Of a stretch of 64,000 bases of DNA, positions 53,460 through 62,336 are shown piece after piece. The first letter of the stretch is position 1; every line of letters starts with the position of its first letter. The notes beneath the pieces are model-generated. The model was not told the origin of the DNA, did no database searches, and saw only the letters and a list, made by a program, of their open reading frames with translations. The position numbers and the translations under genes were made by a program. Source of the DNA: Alphaproteobacteria bacterium (GTDB lineage Bacteria; Pseudomonadota; Alphaproteobacteria; SHVV01); the NCBI GenBank assembly GCA_965247665.1, contig CBDFHH010000002.1, positions 132,261 to 196,260 on the forward strand, in the 5' to 3' direction.

Positions 53460-54170
53460 TCAGTGTTCGACCTCCGCCTCGGCGTGGAAATCGCCGGGTC
53501 GTTTGCATTTGGAGCCATCGAACATGCGCCAATAAGTCGTGCCGAACGCTTGGATGATCGGCTCCACCGGCACGTCGCGGAAGACTCCCTGATAGCGGAG
53601 GTATTCCATATGCAGCCGGTCCTCCGCGTCGAACGGGTGCAATAGTGAATCCTCGCAGCCATCGAACTCGAGCGGCAGCACCTTGAACCTGTCGCACAGC
53701 TCGATGTTGAAGACCGGCGTCGCCTTGACCCACCTGCCGTCGAGAAACAGGTCCGTATAGCCGTGCCAGATAAAAATATCGGTCCCCATCGTCTCGATCA
53801 GTTTATCCGTCGCCAGATGGTTCTTGACGTCGGCATAACCGACCCGCGCCGGAATGCCGCAAGCCCGGGCCGCCGCCGTAAGCAGAGCCGCTTTGGGGAT
53901 ACAGAAGCCGATCTTGCGCTCGAGGCACTTCGCCGCGCCCAGCTCTTCGGGCACGAGCTGTATGGAGTAGGGATCGTAGCGAATGCCGTCGCGTACCGCA
54001 TAATACAGTTTGACGGCCCGGGCGATGTCGTCGCCCTCGCCGCAATTCATCTCAGCGAAGGCGACGATGGTCGGATCGTCGCTCTGAATGTGCGCCGTCG
54101 GTGCGAGGTAGCGATCCGGCGCATCGTCGAAATCAGGCCCGATCGCGATGTTCGTAGCGGTGTCCGCCAT
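53460..54170 (-). CDS. Transglutaminase family protein
   Basis: VRDGIRYDPY, GFCIPKA, NHL, WHG, WVKATP. Confidence 0.88.
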   Translation of the reverse strand: MADTATNIAIGPDFDDAPDRYLAPTAHIQSDDPTIVAFAEMNCGEGDDIARAVKLYYAVRDGIRYDPYSIQLVPEELGAAKCLERKIGFCIPKAALLTAAARACGIPARVGYADVKNHLATDKLIETMGTDIFIWHGYTDLFLDGRWVKATPVFNIELCDRFKVLPLEFDGCEDSLLHPFDAEDRLHMEYLRYQGVFRDVPVEPIIQAFGTTYWRMFDGSKCKRPGDFHAEAEVEH

Positions 54171-54250
54171 GGATTCCGTTTCTCCGAAAATCGAGCGCGG
54201 CACTATGCCACAGCCGCCCGCTGTTGGTAAGCGCGTTGCGACCGGCCAAC

Positions 54251-55003
54251 TCAGGCGGTTCCGCGGAAGCCCTGGGCCACCAGGTACATCTCCGCCGAAT
54301 CCGCCCGGCTGGCCGGCGGTTTTGCATGCCTGACGCGCGCGTAGCGCTTCTTGAGACGCGCGAGGAGATCATTCTCCGCGCCGCCCTGCCACACCTTGGC
54401 GACGAACCCACCGCCGGGCCGCAACACCCGATTGGCGAACGCAGCCGCGGTTTCACACAGCCCGATGATTCGCAAGTGATCGGTGGCCGCGTGTCCGGTT
54501 GTCGACGGTGCCATGTCGGACAGAACGACATCGATTGGCAATTCGAGCTGCTCGATCAGTGCGCGAACCTCGTCGGCGTCGTTGAGGTCGGCGCGCATCA
54601 CTGCGGCGCCGGCCACCGGCTCGATTCCGACGATATCGACCGCATAGACGGTCCCGCCGTCGCTTTCTCGCGCCCGCACACCGGCTGCCGCCACCTGAGT
54701 CCAGCCGCCTGGCGCGGCGCCGAGATCGACCACCGCGGCGCCGCGTTGGAACAGATGAAATCGCTCATCGAGCTCGATCAGCTTGTATGCGGCGCGGGAT
54801 CGGTAGCCTTCGGTTTTGGCCGCCGCGACGTAGGGATCGTTGAGCTGCCGTTCGAGCCAGCGCGCCGAGGATGTCGAGCGGCGCTTGGCCGTCTTGACCC
54901 GTTCGTGGGCGGCACGGGTCGCGCCCGAGCCCGATATTCCGGACCGCCTGGCTCTGTTCGACGCCTCTCGTCGCGCCGGGCCGGTGCGGCGTTTGCGCGG
55001 CAT
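54251..55003 (-). CDS. rlmE: 23S rRNA Um2552 methyltransferase
   Basis: WLERQLNDPY, YRSRAAYKL, DLGAAPGGW, SDMAP, KPPASR..E. Confidence 0.95.
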   Translation of the reverse strand: MPRKRRTGPARREASNRARRSGISGSGATRAAHERVKTAKRRSTSSARWLERQLNDPYVAAAKTEGYRSRAAYKLIELDERFHLFQRGAAVVDLGAAPGGWTQVAAAGVRARESDGGTVYAVDIVGIEPVAGAAVMRADLNDADEVRALIEQLELPIDVVLSDMAPSTTGHAATDHLRIIGLCETAAAFANRVLRPGGGFVAKVWQGGAENDLLARLKKRYARVRHAKPPASRADSAEMYLVAQGFRGTA

Positions 55004-55016
55004 GCGACTTTCGGGC

Positions 55017-56105
55017 TCAGGGAGCCGCGTGCGCCGCGGCCGCAGCGCATGCCGCTGCACCGTCCTCGCGGTCCGCGGCCGCCATGAGCGCCAGCAAGAT
55101 CCCCTCGCGCAGACCGCGGTCGGCGACCCGCACGCGCGATACGGGCCAGCTCCGCATGATCGCCTCGAGGATGGCGCAGCCAGCCACCACCAGATCGGCC
55201 CGCCCGCGCTTGATGCAGGGATGATTTGCCCGCTCCTGGTAGGTCATGCGCGCCAGCCGGTCCGACGTTTTGGCGATCGCATCACCGGCGATCCAGCGGG
55301 CGTCGATCTGGGAGCGATCGTATTTCGGCAAGCCGAGATTGACGGCGGCCAGCGTGGTCACTGTGCCCGATGTCCCGAGCATTTGCAGTTCGCCGGCCCG
55401 CGCCCGCGCACCGATCGCATTGGCCGCTTCAAACGGCGCCAGCAGCGATAATGTCTCGCCGACCATGGCTTCGTAGACGCGCCGAGGGATATCGTAGCCG
55501 CCATAGTGTTCGGACAGGGTCACCACGCCGCACGGCAGGGATATTACGTCGCGGATATCCGGCTTGCCGGGTTCGGCAAGCTCGAGGAACGTCAGTTCGG
55601 TGCTGCCGCCGCCGATGTCGAACACCAACCCATAGCGGGCATCTCCATACAACAGAGGCATACATCCGGCGAGGGCAAGCTCGGCTTCTTCGCCGCCGGT
55701 GATGATATCGAGCGTGATCCCGGTTTGGTCGCGCACGCGATCGAGGAATTCGTCGCAGTTGGCAGCCCGCCGGCACGCTTCGGTCGCTACGCTGCGTACG
55801 CGGGTGGCCCCGCAGCGGTGAATCTTGCCGGCACACACCTTCAACGCCCGAAGGGTCCGATGAATTGCCGCTTCGCTCAGCACCCCGGTTTCCGTCACCC
55901 GCTCGCCGAGGCGGACGATCCGCGAGAATGCATCGATGACACGAAACTTCTCGCCTCCGGCGAAGGGTAGGGCAACGAGCAATCTGCAGTTGTTGGTACC
56001 GAGATCCAGTGCCGCGTAGGTGTGCGCAAACCGGCCGTTGCGGGGTCTATTCCGCCGCCGGCGCCCGCGCGCTCCCTCCCCGAAGCGTGAGGCACGAGGC
56101 TGCAT
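55017..56105 (-). CDS. Ppx/GppA family phosphatase (short form)
   Basis: ALDLGTNNCRLL, ATEACR, EEA, DIGGGSTE, GLREG; start approximate. Confidence 0.9.
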   Translation of the reverse strand: MQPRASRFGEGARGRRRRNRPRNGRFAHTYAALDLGTNNCRLLVALPFAGGEKFRVIDAFSRIVRLGERVTETGVLSEAAIHRTLRALKVCAGKIHRCGATRVRSVATEACRRAANCDEFLDRVRDQTGITLDIITGGEEAELALAGCMPLLYGDARYGLVFDIGGGSTELTFLELAEPGKPDIRDVISLPCGVVTLSEHYGGYDIPRRVYEAMVGETLSLLAPFEAANAIGARARAGELQMLGTSGTVTTLAAVNLGLPKYDRSQIDARWIAGDAIAKTSDRLARMTYQERANHPCIKRGRADLVVAGCAILEAIMRSWPVSRVRVADRGLREGILLALMAAADREDGAAACAAAAAHAAP

Positions 56106-56299
56106 TCTCAATCCCTCCCGCCGAGCGCCGGCCTTGCCCGCGGCGCACCGGTGGCGAATATCCAAACTTGCGACCATCGTATAACAAAGGCGGCGCGGTA
56201 ACCAAGAATCGCGGCGCGGCGTGTCGCGAGCACATGATGTGTCCGGTTTAGGTAGCACACGAGTTGTCCGGTTAGGTGCCTCGACGAGGAGGTACTTCG

Positions 56300-57484
56300 G
56301 TGAACCGGACGGCATGGCTACAGGAACGCAGGATGGAGAAGTTTTTTGATGTGCTGGGACGCTTCGAGGCGAGGCGTCTTTCGGCGATGGATGCGGCAGA
56401 GCTGCTTGGGATGTCGGAGCGAAGCTTTCGGCGCTATCGGCAGCGTTACCAGGAGGACGGTCTGGAGGGTCTGTTCGACCGCCGGCTCGGCAAGGCGTCG
56501 GCGCGCCGGGTGCCGGTCGACCGGATCGAATGGGTGCTCGAGCAGTACCGCACCCGCCATGTGGGCTGGACGGTCAAGCACTTCCACGACCATCTACGTG
56601 ACCATCACGGCTTTGCCTTGAGCTACACCTGGACCAAGACCACGTTGCGCCGCGCCGGGCTGGCATCCAAGGCGCCCCGGCGCGGCGCTCATCGTCGGCG
56701 GCGGCCGCGCAAGCCGTGCGCCGGCATGATGCTGCACCAGGACGGCTCACGCCACGCGTGGCTGACCGGCCAGGCGCCGTTGGACCTGATCGTCACCCTG
56801 GACGATGCCACCAGCGAGATCTACTCGGCCTTCCTGGTCGAGGAGGAAGGCACCGCCTCGACCTTTCGGGCGCTGAAAGAGGTGTTCGCCGCCAAGGGCC
56901 TGCCCGGCACGCTGTATACCGACCGTGGCAGCCACTACTTCCACACCCCCGAGGCGGGCGGCAAGGTGGACAAGAACCAACGCACCCAGGTCGGGCGCGC
57001 CTTGCACCAGCTTGGCATCGAGCACATCGCCGCCTACTCGCCCGAGGCAAGGGGCCGCTCCGAGCGCGCCTTCGGCACCCTCCAGAACCGCCTGGTCAAG
57101 GAACTGGCGCTGGCCGGCGTCACCACGATCGAGGCCGCCAACCGGTTCATCGCCGAGACCTACCTGCCCGATCACAACCGCCGCTTCGCAACCCCGCCCG
57201 AACTCGAAGACAGCGCCTTCGTCGCCCTCGCCCGGCCCGACCAGATCGACGACATCCTGTGCCTGCATGCCGAGCGCACCGTCGCCCGCGACAACACCGT
57301 GAGCTACGGCAAACGGGTCCTCCAGATCCCCGCCGGGCCAGGCCGGCCCCACTACGTCAAGGCGCACGTCCGGGTCCACGAGTACCCCGACGGTACGCTG
57401 GCCGTCTTCCATGGACCCAGACGCCTCGCTCGCTACCACGCCAACGGCGCGCCAGTCGAAAGCCAAACCCGGAAGGCCGCGTGA
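56300..57484 (+). CDS. DDE transposase (ISNCY/IS1202 type)
   Basis: N-terminal HTH, HQDGS, LDDAT, YTDRGS, GRSERAFGTLQNRL; GAGGAGG RBS. Confidence 0.93.
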   Translation: MNRTAWLQERRMEKFFDVLGRFEARRLSAMDAAELLGMSERSFRRYRQRYQEDGLEGLFDRRLGKASARRVPVDRIEWVLEQYRTRHVGWTVKHFHDHLRDHHGFALSYTWTKTTLRRAGLASKAPRRGAHRRRRPRKPCAGMMLHQDGSRHAWLTGQAPLDLIVTLDDATSEIYSAFLVEEEGTASTFRALKEVFAAKGLPGTLYTDRGSHYFHTPEAGGKVDKNQRTQVGRALHQLGIEHIAAYSPEARGRSERAFGTLQNRLVKELALAGVTTIEAANRFIAETYLPDHNRRFATPPELEDSAFVALARPDQIDDILCLHAERTVARDNTVSYGKRVLQIPAGPGRPHYVKAHVRVHEYPDGTLAVFHGPRRLARYHANGAPVESQTRKAA

Positions 57485-57511
57485 TCCGCTTCGACGCGAC
57501 CGACCGGCGGC

Positions 57512-57558
57512 CTGTGGATAAGTGGACAGCCGCTCCGCGCCTCACCACTTCCCCACAG
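57512..57558. other. Hairpin in IS 3' non-coding region containing a DnaA box
   Basis: CTGTGG-ATAAGTGG...CCACTT-CC-CCACAG; TGTGGATAA at 57513-57521. Confidence 0.55.
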
Positions 57559-57699
57559 ACCCAACAACCACAACCGAAGCGGACAATCAATGTGCTACAA
57601 AAACCAGCCAATCCCACTTGCTAACGACAGAATCGCGGCGCGGTGAGCGGCGATGCCGTCCCCTCCCCCGGTGCCGCCCCAGCGTTCCGACATCTTCCA

Positions 57700-58075
57700 A
57701 AACATTCCTGTCGGTGCCTCTAAGCCCAGCTCCTCGCGGCGGTACTCCAGCCGGGCCGCGATGGGATCGCGGTGCTCCTGGACATGCTTGCGGCGCGCCT
57801 CAGCTGCGTCGAGCCGGAAGATCACGTCGCCTATCTCGGAACGAATCCGTTTGTCCAGGTACGGATCGTCGCGGGCCATGGACCTCAGCTCCTTGCGCAG
57901 CTTCTTGTAGCCGCGGGTATAGATGACGTGGGTGTCCTTCCTCTCCGCGCCCTCCACCTGCCGGTTTCAGTTCTCCTTGAACGTCTCCCAGCGCTCCAGT
58001 GACTTCCTCGTTTCGGCTTCGATCCTCGCCTGCCTGTCTCTCTCCGCCGCGCGGCCATCCCAGTCGTAGACGCGT
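57700..58075 (-). pseudogene. Interrupted gene fragment of unknown function
   Basis: One frame continues across an in-frame TGA at 57967: ..SLERWETFKEN*NRQVEGAERKDTHVIYTRGYKKLRKEL.. Confidence 0.4.
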
Positions 58076-58499
58076 CGGAGCTGGTGCCGTGCTGGAACAT
58101 GGCCACCGCAATGTCGGCAGGAAGCACCGCGATCCGCCCCTCCGCGTTGCGGATGCGCGTATAGCCGCAATAGCGGAACACTGTCCCTTCGAGCGCGACG
58201 TGGGCCGCGTCGTTGTGCGCCTGCTCGATTTCGGCCCTGAGATCGAGATTGGCGAGCGGAGCCTGAAGATGTTCCTCGATAAGGGAGAGCTGCCGGGGCG
58301 GAAAGCGAGGGCAGCGGCGCAGGTTGCGGAGACGGAGACGAGCGACCCGTTCTGAGTGAGTGGCCTGCGAGAGCAGCCACTACCCCGAGCCTGACGCAAA
58401 GCCAACGGGAATGGCAGAAGCGTGCGAGTCTGTCGAAAGGGCGCGGCGGAAACGCGACATGGGCCGGCTCGGACGGCGATATGCGTATCGGACACGCGG

Positions 58500-58537
58500 T
58501 TGACATGACGCCGTGGATTTGACATTCATGGCGTGAA
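58500..58537 (+). promoter_or_regulatory. Putative promoter and operator of the polysaccharide operon
   Basis: TTGACA-N17-CATTCA, TTGACAT direct repeat, TTCA-N5-TGAA palindrome. Confidence 0.4.
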
Positions 58538-58551
58538 ACTCGAAAGCGCCC

Positions 58552-59202
58552 ATGGCTGACAAGACTGGCATCCAGACCGAGATCGACCTGCTCACCGCCC
58601 TTGAGCGGCAGGAGGTGGTGACGCAGCCTGCGCTCGCCAAGCGCCTTTCGATTTCGGTGGGTATGGTCAACGCGCTGCTCAAGCGCGCCGTGCGCAAGGG
58701 GCTGGTGAAGGCCAAAGCGGCGCCCTACAAGCGCTGGGCCTATTACGTCACGCCAGAAGGGTTCCAGGAGAAGAGCCGCCTCGTCGCGCAGTACCTCGAT
58801 GCATCGCTGGCCTTCTTCCGCATGGCGCGGCGGGAGTATCGGGCGCTGTTCCTCGACGGGCAGCGGATGGGCTTCCGCCGCTTCGTCCTGGTGGGACGCG
58901 GCGAGGTTGCGGAGATCGCGCTGCTGGTGGCGCTCGAGGCCGATGCGGAGTTGGTGGGGATACTGGACCGGAAGGCCAACACGGACCGTCTGCACGGCTT
59001 GCCGGTGCTGCGCTCGCTTGAGGAAGCGGAGGCCTGGGACGCGCTTGTAATCACGGAGTCCCGCCATCCGCAGGAGGCGTTCGAGACGCTGCGCGACACG
59101 GTACCGGCGCGCCAGGTGCTGACGCCGCCCTTCCTGCGCATCGTGCGCGAACCCTTGGACTTCACGCCGCCGGCGGTCGAGCCGGTCGGGGGGCGCCGAT
59201 GA
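58552..59202 (+). CDS. EPS-associated MarR-like winged-helix regulator
   Basis: TQPALAKRLSISVGMVNALLKRAVRKG..YYVTPEGFQEKSRL plus C-terminal alpha/beta domain. Confidence 0.85.
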   Translation: MADKTGIQTEIDLLTALERQEVVTQPALAKRLSISVGMVNALLKRAVRKGLVKAKAAPYKRWAYYVTPEGFQEKSRLVAQYLDASLAFFRMARREYRALFLDGQRMGFRRFVLVGRGEVAEIALLVALEADAELVGILDRKANTDRLHGLPVLRSLEEAEAWDALVITESRHPQEAFETLRDTVPARQVLTPPFLRIVREPLDFTPPAVEPVGGRR

Positions 59203-59699
59203 ACCGGTGGTATGTGGTCCATGCGCGGCACCATCAGGAGCGCCGCGCGGAGGCCAATCTCGTACGCCAGGGATTTAGGGTCTGGCTGCCGGTGATGGAG
59301 CGTTCCCGCCGTCACGCAAGGCGCATCGAGACCGCGCGCTCCGCGCTCTTCCCCGGCTATCTGTTCGTGGAACTGGATATCGAGCGCGCGGCGTGGCGGG
59401 CGATCAACGGCACCTTTGGGGTACGGCGGCTGCTTGCCGACGGCCCGCATCCGCAGGCGCTGCCGGAGGACTTCGTCGCCGCGCTGCGGGCCGCGGTCGG
59501 GGTCGACGGCCTCAGCACGGCGGCACCTGCGGACCTACGGCCGGGCGATGCGGTGCGGATCACCGCCGGCCCCTTCACGGAGTGCGCCGCAGTTGTGCTG
59601 CGGCTCGCGCCGGGCGAGCGGGTCGAGGTGCTGCTTGAGGTTCTGGGCGGCCGGGTTCCGGCCCGGCTCCCAAGACGGGCCGTCGTCGCGGCCGCCTGA
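59199..59699 (+). CDS. rfaH: RfaH-like NusG-paralog antitermination factor
   Basis: WYVV, QERRA, LFPGYLFV, INGTFGV NGN domain; KOW GDAVRITAGPF. Confidence 0.8.
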   Translation: MNRWYVVHARHHQERRAEANLVRQGFRVWLPVMERSRRHARRIETARSALFPGYLFVELDIERAAWRAINGTFGVRRLLADGPHPQALPEDFVAALRAAVGVDGLSTAAPADLRPGDAVRITAGPFTECAAVVLRLAPGERVEVLLEVLGGRVPARLPRRAVVAAA

Positions 59700-59742
59700 C
59701 AGGGGCCGGCCACGTGCCGGCGCCGAACGGGACATGAGTGCA

Positions 59743-59779
59743 CGGGTGAAGTCGGCTTCACCCGAACGGCGGTAGCGTG
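59743..59779 (+). promoter_or_regulatory. Hairpin plus ops element (JUMPstart-like)
   Basis: CGGGTGAAG-TCGG-CTTCACCCG (59743-59764) then GGCGGTAGCGTG (59768-59779). Confidence 0.85.
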
Positions 59780-59813
59780 GCAAATCGCGGGCAGTAATCA
59801 CGACGAAGGGACC

Positions 59814-60761
59814 ATGAGCGGTACAAGCTACGGCCTGATCGGGGCGGCCGGCTACGTCGCGCGGCGCCACATGCAGGCGATCCGCCATACCGGCGGAACG
59901 CTGCGGGCCGCGCTCGACCCGAACGACTCGGTGGGGATCATCGATTCCTTCTTTCCCGATGCCGCCTTCTTCACCGAGTTCGAGCGCTTCGACCGCCATG
60001 TGGACCTGCTGCGCCGCCAGGGCCGACCGCTCGACTGTGTCGGCGTGTGCTCGCCCAACTACCTGCACGATGCCCACTGCCGCTTCGCCCTCCGCGCTGG
60101 CGCCGATGCGATCTGCGAGAAGCCGCTGGTGCTGAATCCCTGGAACGTCGACGGCCTGGCCGAGATAGAACAGGCCACCGGACGGCGTATCTTCACCATC
60201 CTGCAGTTGCGGCTGCATCCGGCGGTGCGCGCGCTGAAGGAAAGGATCGCCGGCGGCGGCGCGAACCGGACCCACGACGTGGACCTCACCTACGTGACAG
60301 CCCGCGGCCGCTGGTACGGCGTCTCCTGGAAGGGCGACGTGCACAAGTCAGGTGGGATCGCCACCAATATCGGCATCCACTTCTTCGACATGCTGATCCA
60401 TGTCTTCGGCGGCGTCAGACGGAGCGTGGTGCACCTTAGCGAAGATGCCCGCACCGCAGGCTATCTGGAGCTGGAGCGCGCCCGCGTGCGCTGGTTCCTC
60501 TCCATCGACCGGGACGACCTGTCCGAGGGAACCGGGGAGAACGGCGCGACCCACCGCGCGATCACCGTGGATGGCGAGGCCTTCGAGTTCTCCGACGGGT
60601 TCGCGGACCTGCATACCGAGAGCTACCGGCAGGTGCTGGCCGGCAACGGCTTCGGGATTGCAGACGCGCGGCCCTCCATCGAGGCCGTCGCCGGCATTCG
60701 GGAGGCCGCGGTGGAGCCGGGCGGCGGCGAGCGGCACCCGTTCCTCGAGCGGCGGGCATGA
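59814..60761 (+). CDS. wbpB: WbpB-like UDP-GlcNAcA 3-dehydrogenase (Gfo/Idh/MocA)
   Basis: [49 protein letters not shown]. Confidence 0.85.
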   Translation: MSGTSYGLIGAAGYVARRHMQAIRHTGGTLRAALDPNDSVGIIDSFFPDAAFFTEFERFDRHVDLLRRQGRPLDCVGVCSPNYLHDAHCRFALRAGADAICEKPLVLNPWNVDGLAEIEQATGRRIFTILQLRLHPAVRALKERIAGGGANRTHDVDLTYVTARGRWYGVSWKGDVHKSGGIATNIGIHFFDMLIHVFGGVRRSVVHLSEDARTAGYLELERARVRWFLSIDRDDLSEGTGENGATHRAITVDGEAFEFSDGFADLHTESYRQVLAGNGFGIADARPSIEAVAGIREAAVEPGGGERHPFLERRA

Positions 60762-61336
60762 GCGGCGTACACCCGACGGTGACGGTCCACGAGAGCGCCT
60801 ATGTGGACGAGCCCTGCGAGATCGGCGCCGGCACCCGTATCTGGCATTTCAGCCACGTCATGCGGGACTGCCGGATCGGGCGGGACTGCGTGATCGGGCA
60901 GAACGTGATGATCGGCCGCAATGTCGTGGTGGGCAATCGCTGCAAGATACAGAACAGCGTCTCGCTCTATGACGGCGTCATGCTGGAGGACGGAGTCTTC
61001 TGCGGTCCCTCCTGCGTCTTCACCAACGTCAACAACCCGCGTGCCGAGATCGAACGCAAGAGCGAGTTCCGGCCGACGCTGGTCAGGCGCGGCGCCACCA
61101 TCGGCGCCAACGCCACCATCGTCTGCGGCCACGAGATCGGAGCCTATGCCTTCATCGGCGCCGGCGCCGTGGTGAACCGGAATGTGCCGGCCTACGCGCT
61201 GATGGCTGGCGTGCCGGCCCGGCGTATCGGCTGGATGAGCCGCGCCGGCGAGCGTCTCGGCGACGATCTGGTCTGCCCGCTCGACGGTACGCGCTACCGG
61301 CTCGACGACCGGGAGCTGCTGGAGGAAGTCTCATGA
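60758..61336 (+). CDS. wbpD: WbpD-like hexapeptide N-acetyltransferase
   Basis: [38 protein letters not shown]. Confidence 0.85.
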   Translation: MSGVHPTVTVHESAYVDEPCEIGAGTRIWHFSHVMRDCRIGRDCVIGQNVMIGRNVVVGNRCKIQNSVSLYDGVMLEDGVFCGPSCVFTNVNNPRAEIERKSEFRPTLVRRGATIGANATIVCGHEIGAYAFIGAGAVVNRNVPAYALMAGVPARRIGWMSRAGERLGDDLVCPLDGTRYRLDDRELLEEVS

Positions 61337-61346
61337 GAGGACGAGA

Positions 61347-62336
61347 ATGGACATTCGCGGAAAGCGCCTGATCGTCATCGGCGGCGCCGGCCTCATCGGC
61401 TCCCACATCGTGGACCAACTCACGCGCGCGGACGTGGGCGAGATCGTCGTCTACGACAACTTCGCCCGCGGCACGGCGGAGAACCTGCAGGATGCGCTGA
61501 AGGACCCGCGCGTGAAGGTCTACGAGGTGGGCGGCGACATCTGCCAGACCGACATCCTGAATGCCGCCCTCAAGGGGGCGGACGGGGTGTTCCATCTGGC
61601 CGCACTCTGGCTGCTGCAGTGTCAAGATTTCCCTCGTTCGGCCTTCGACGTGAACATCGCGGGCACGTTCAATGTCCTCGAAGCCTGCGCCGCTAACGGC
61701 GTAAAGCGGCTGGTCTACTCTTCGTCGGCTTCGGTCTACGGCGAGGCGATCGAAGAGCCGATGACCGAGGACCACCCCTTCAACAACACCAACTTCTACG
61801 GAGCAACCAAGATCGCCGGCGAGGCGATGGTGCGGGCGCTGCACCACCGCTACGGACTGCCCTGTGTGGGGCTGCGCTACATGAACGTCTACGGGCCGCG
61901 CCAGGACTATTTCGGCGCCTATATCGCCGTCATCATGCGCTTCCTCGACCGCATCGATCAGGGCGAGCCGCCGACGCTCCACGGCGACGGCAGCCAAGCC
62001 TATGACTTCGTCTATGTCGGCGACTGCGCGCGGGCCAACATTTGCGCGATGCAGGCCGGGACCGTCGATACGTTCTACAACGTCGGCACCGGCGTGCGCA
62101 CAACGGTGAAGGAGCTTGCGGAGCTCATCCTCCGCCTCTCGGGCTCCAACCTGCCGATCCGCTACGAACCGGCCGACCCGGTGTTTGTGAAGAACCGCAT
62201 CGGCAGCCCGGAGAAGGCGGCGGACGAACTGGGCTTCACGGCGGCGGTGCCGCTGGAAGAGGGCCTGCGTGCCCTGATCGCGTGGCGCGCCGAACACAAG
62301 GCGGAAGTCGAGGCGAGACGGCGCCGCGCCTCATGA
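61347..62336 (+). CDS. NAD-dependent epimerase/dehydratase
   Basis: GGAGLIG, SSASVYG, YGATK, RYMNVYGPRQ. Confidence 0.9.
   Translation: MDIRGKRLIVIGGAGLIGSHIVDQLTRADVGEIVVYDNFARGTAENLQDALKDPRVKVYEVGGDICQTDILNAALKGADGVFHLAALWLLQCQDFPRSAFDVNIAGTFNVLEACAANGVKRLVYSSSASVYGEAIEEPMTEDHPFNNTNFYGATKIAGEAMVRALHHRYGLPCVGLRYMNVYGPRQDYFGAYIAVIMRFLDRIDQGEPPTLHGDGSQAYDFVYVGDCARANICAMQAGTVDTFYNVGTGVRTTVKELAELILRLSGSNLPIRYEPADPVFVKNRIGSPEKAADELGFTAAVPLEEGLRALIAWRAEHKAEVEARRRRAS

Larger units (their letters stand above)
56222..57629 (+). mobile_element. IS1202/ISNCY-type insertion sequence, 1408 bp
   Basis: Ends TGTCGCGAGCA.../...TGCTAACGACA, subterminal TGTCCG repeats, 16-bp flanking direct repeats (56206-56221 and 57630-57645, one mismatch). 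Confidence 0.85.

Noticed and set aside
53360-53557. 65-aa plus-strand ORF beginning in the AT-rich tract
   Set aside because: No RBS or motif, and it overlaps the transglutaminase gene antisense
56106-56221. tRNA gene expected next to the rlmE-ppx pair as an island attachment site
   Set aside because: No cloverleaf or TTCGA T-loop found
58392-58403. GACGCAAAGCC resembling the c-di-GMP-I (GEMM) riboswitch core
   Set aside because: No upstream GGCAAA stem, no directly adjoining GNRA stem and no matching P3; probably chance
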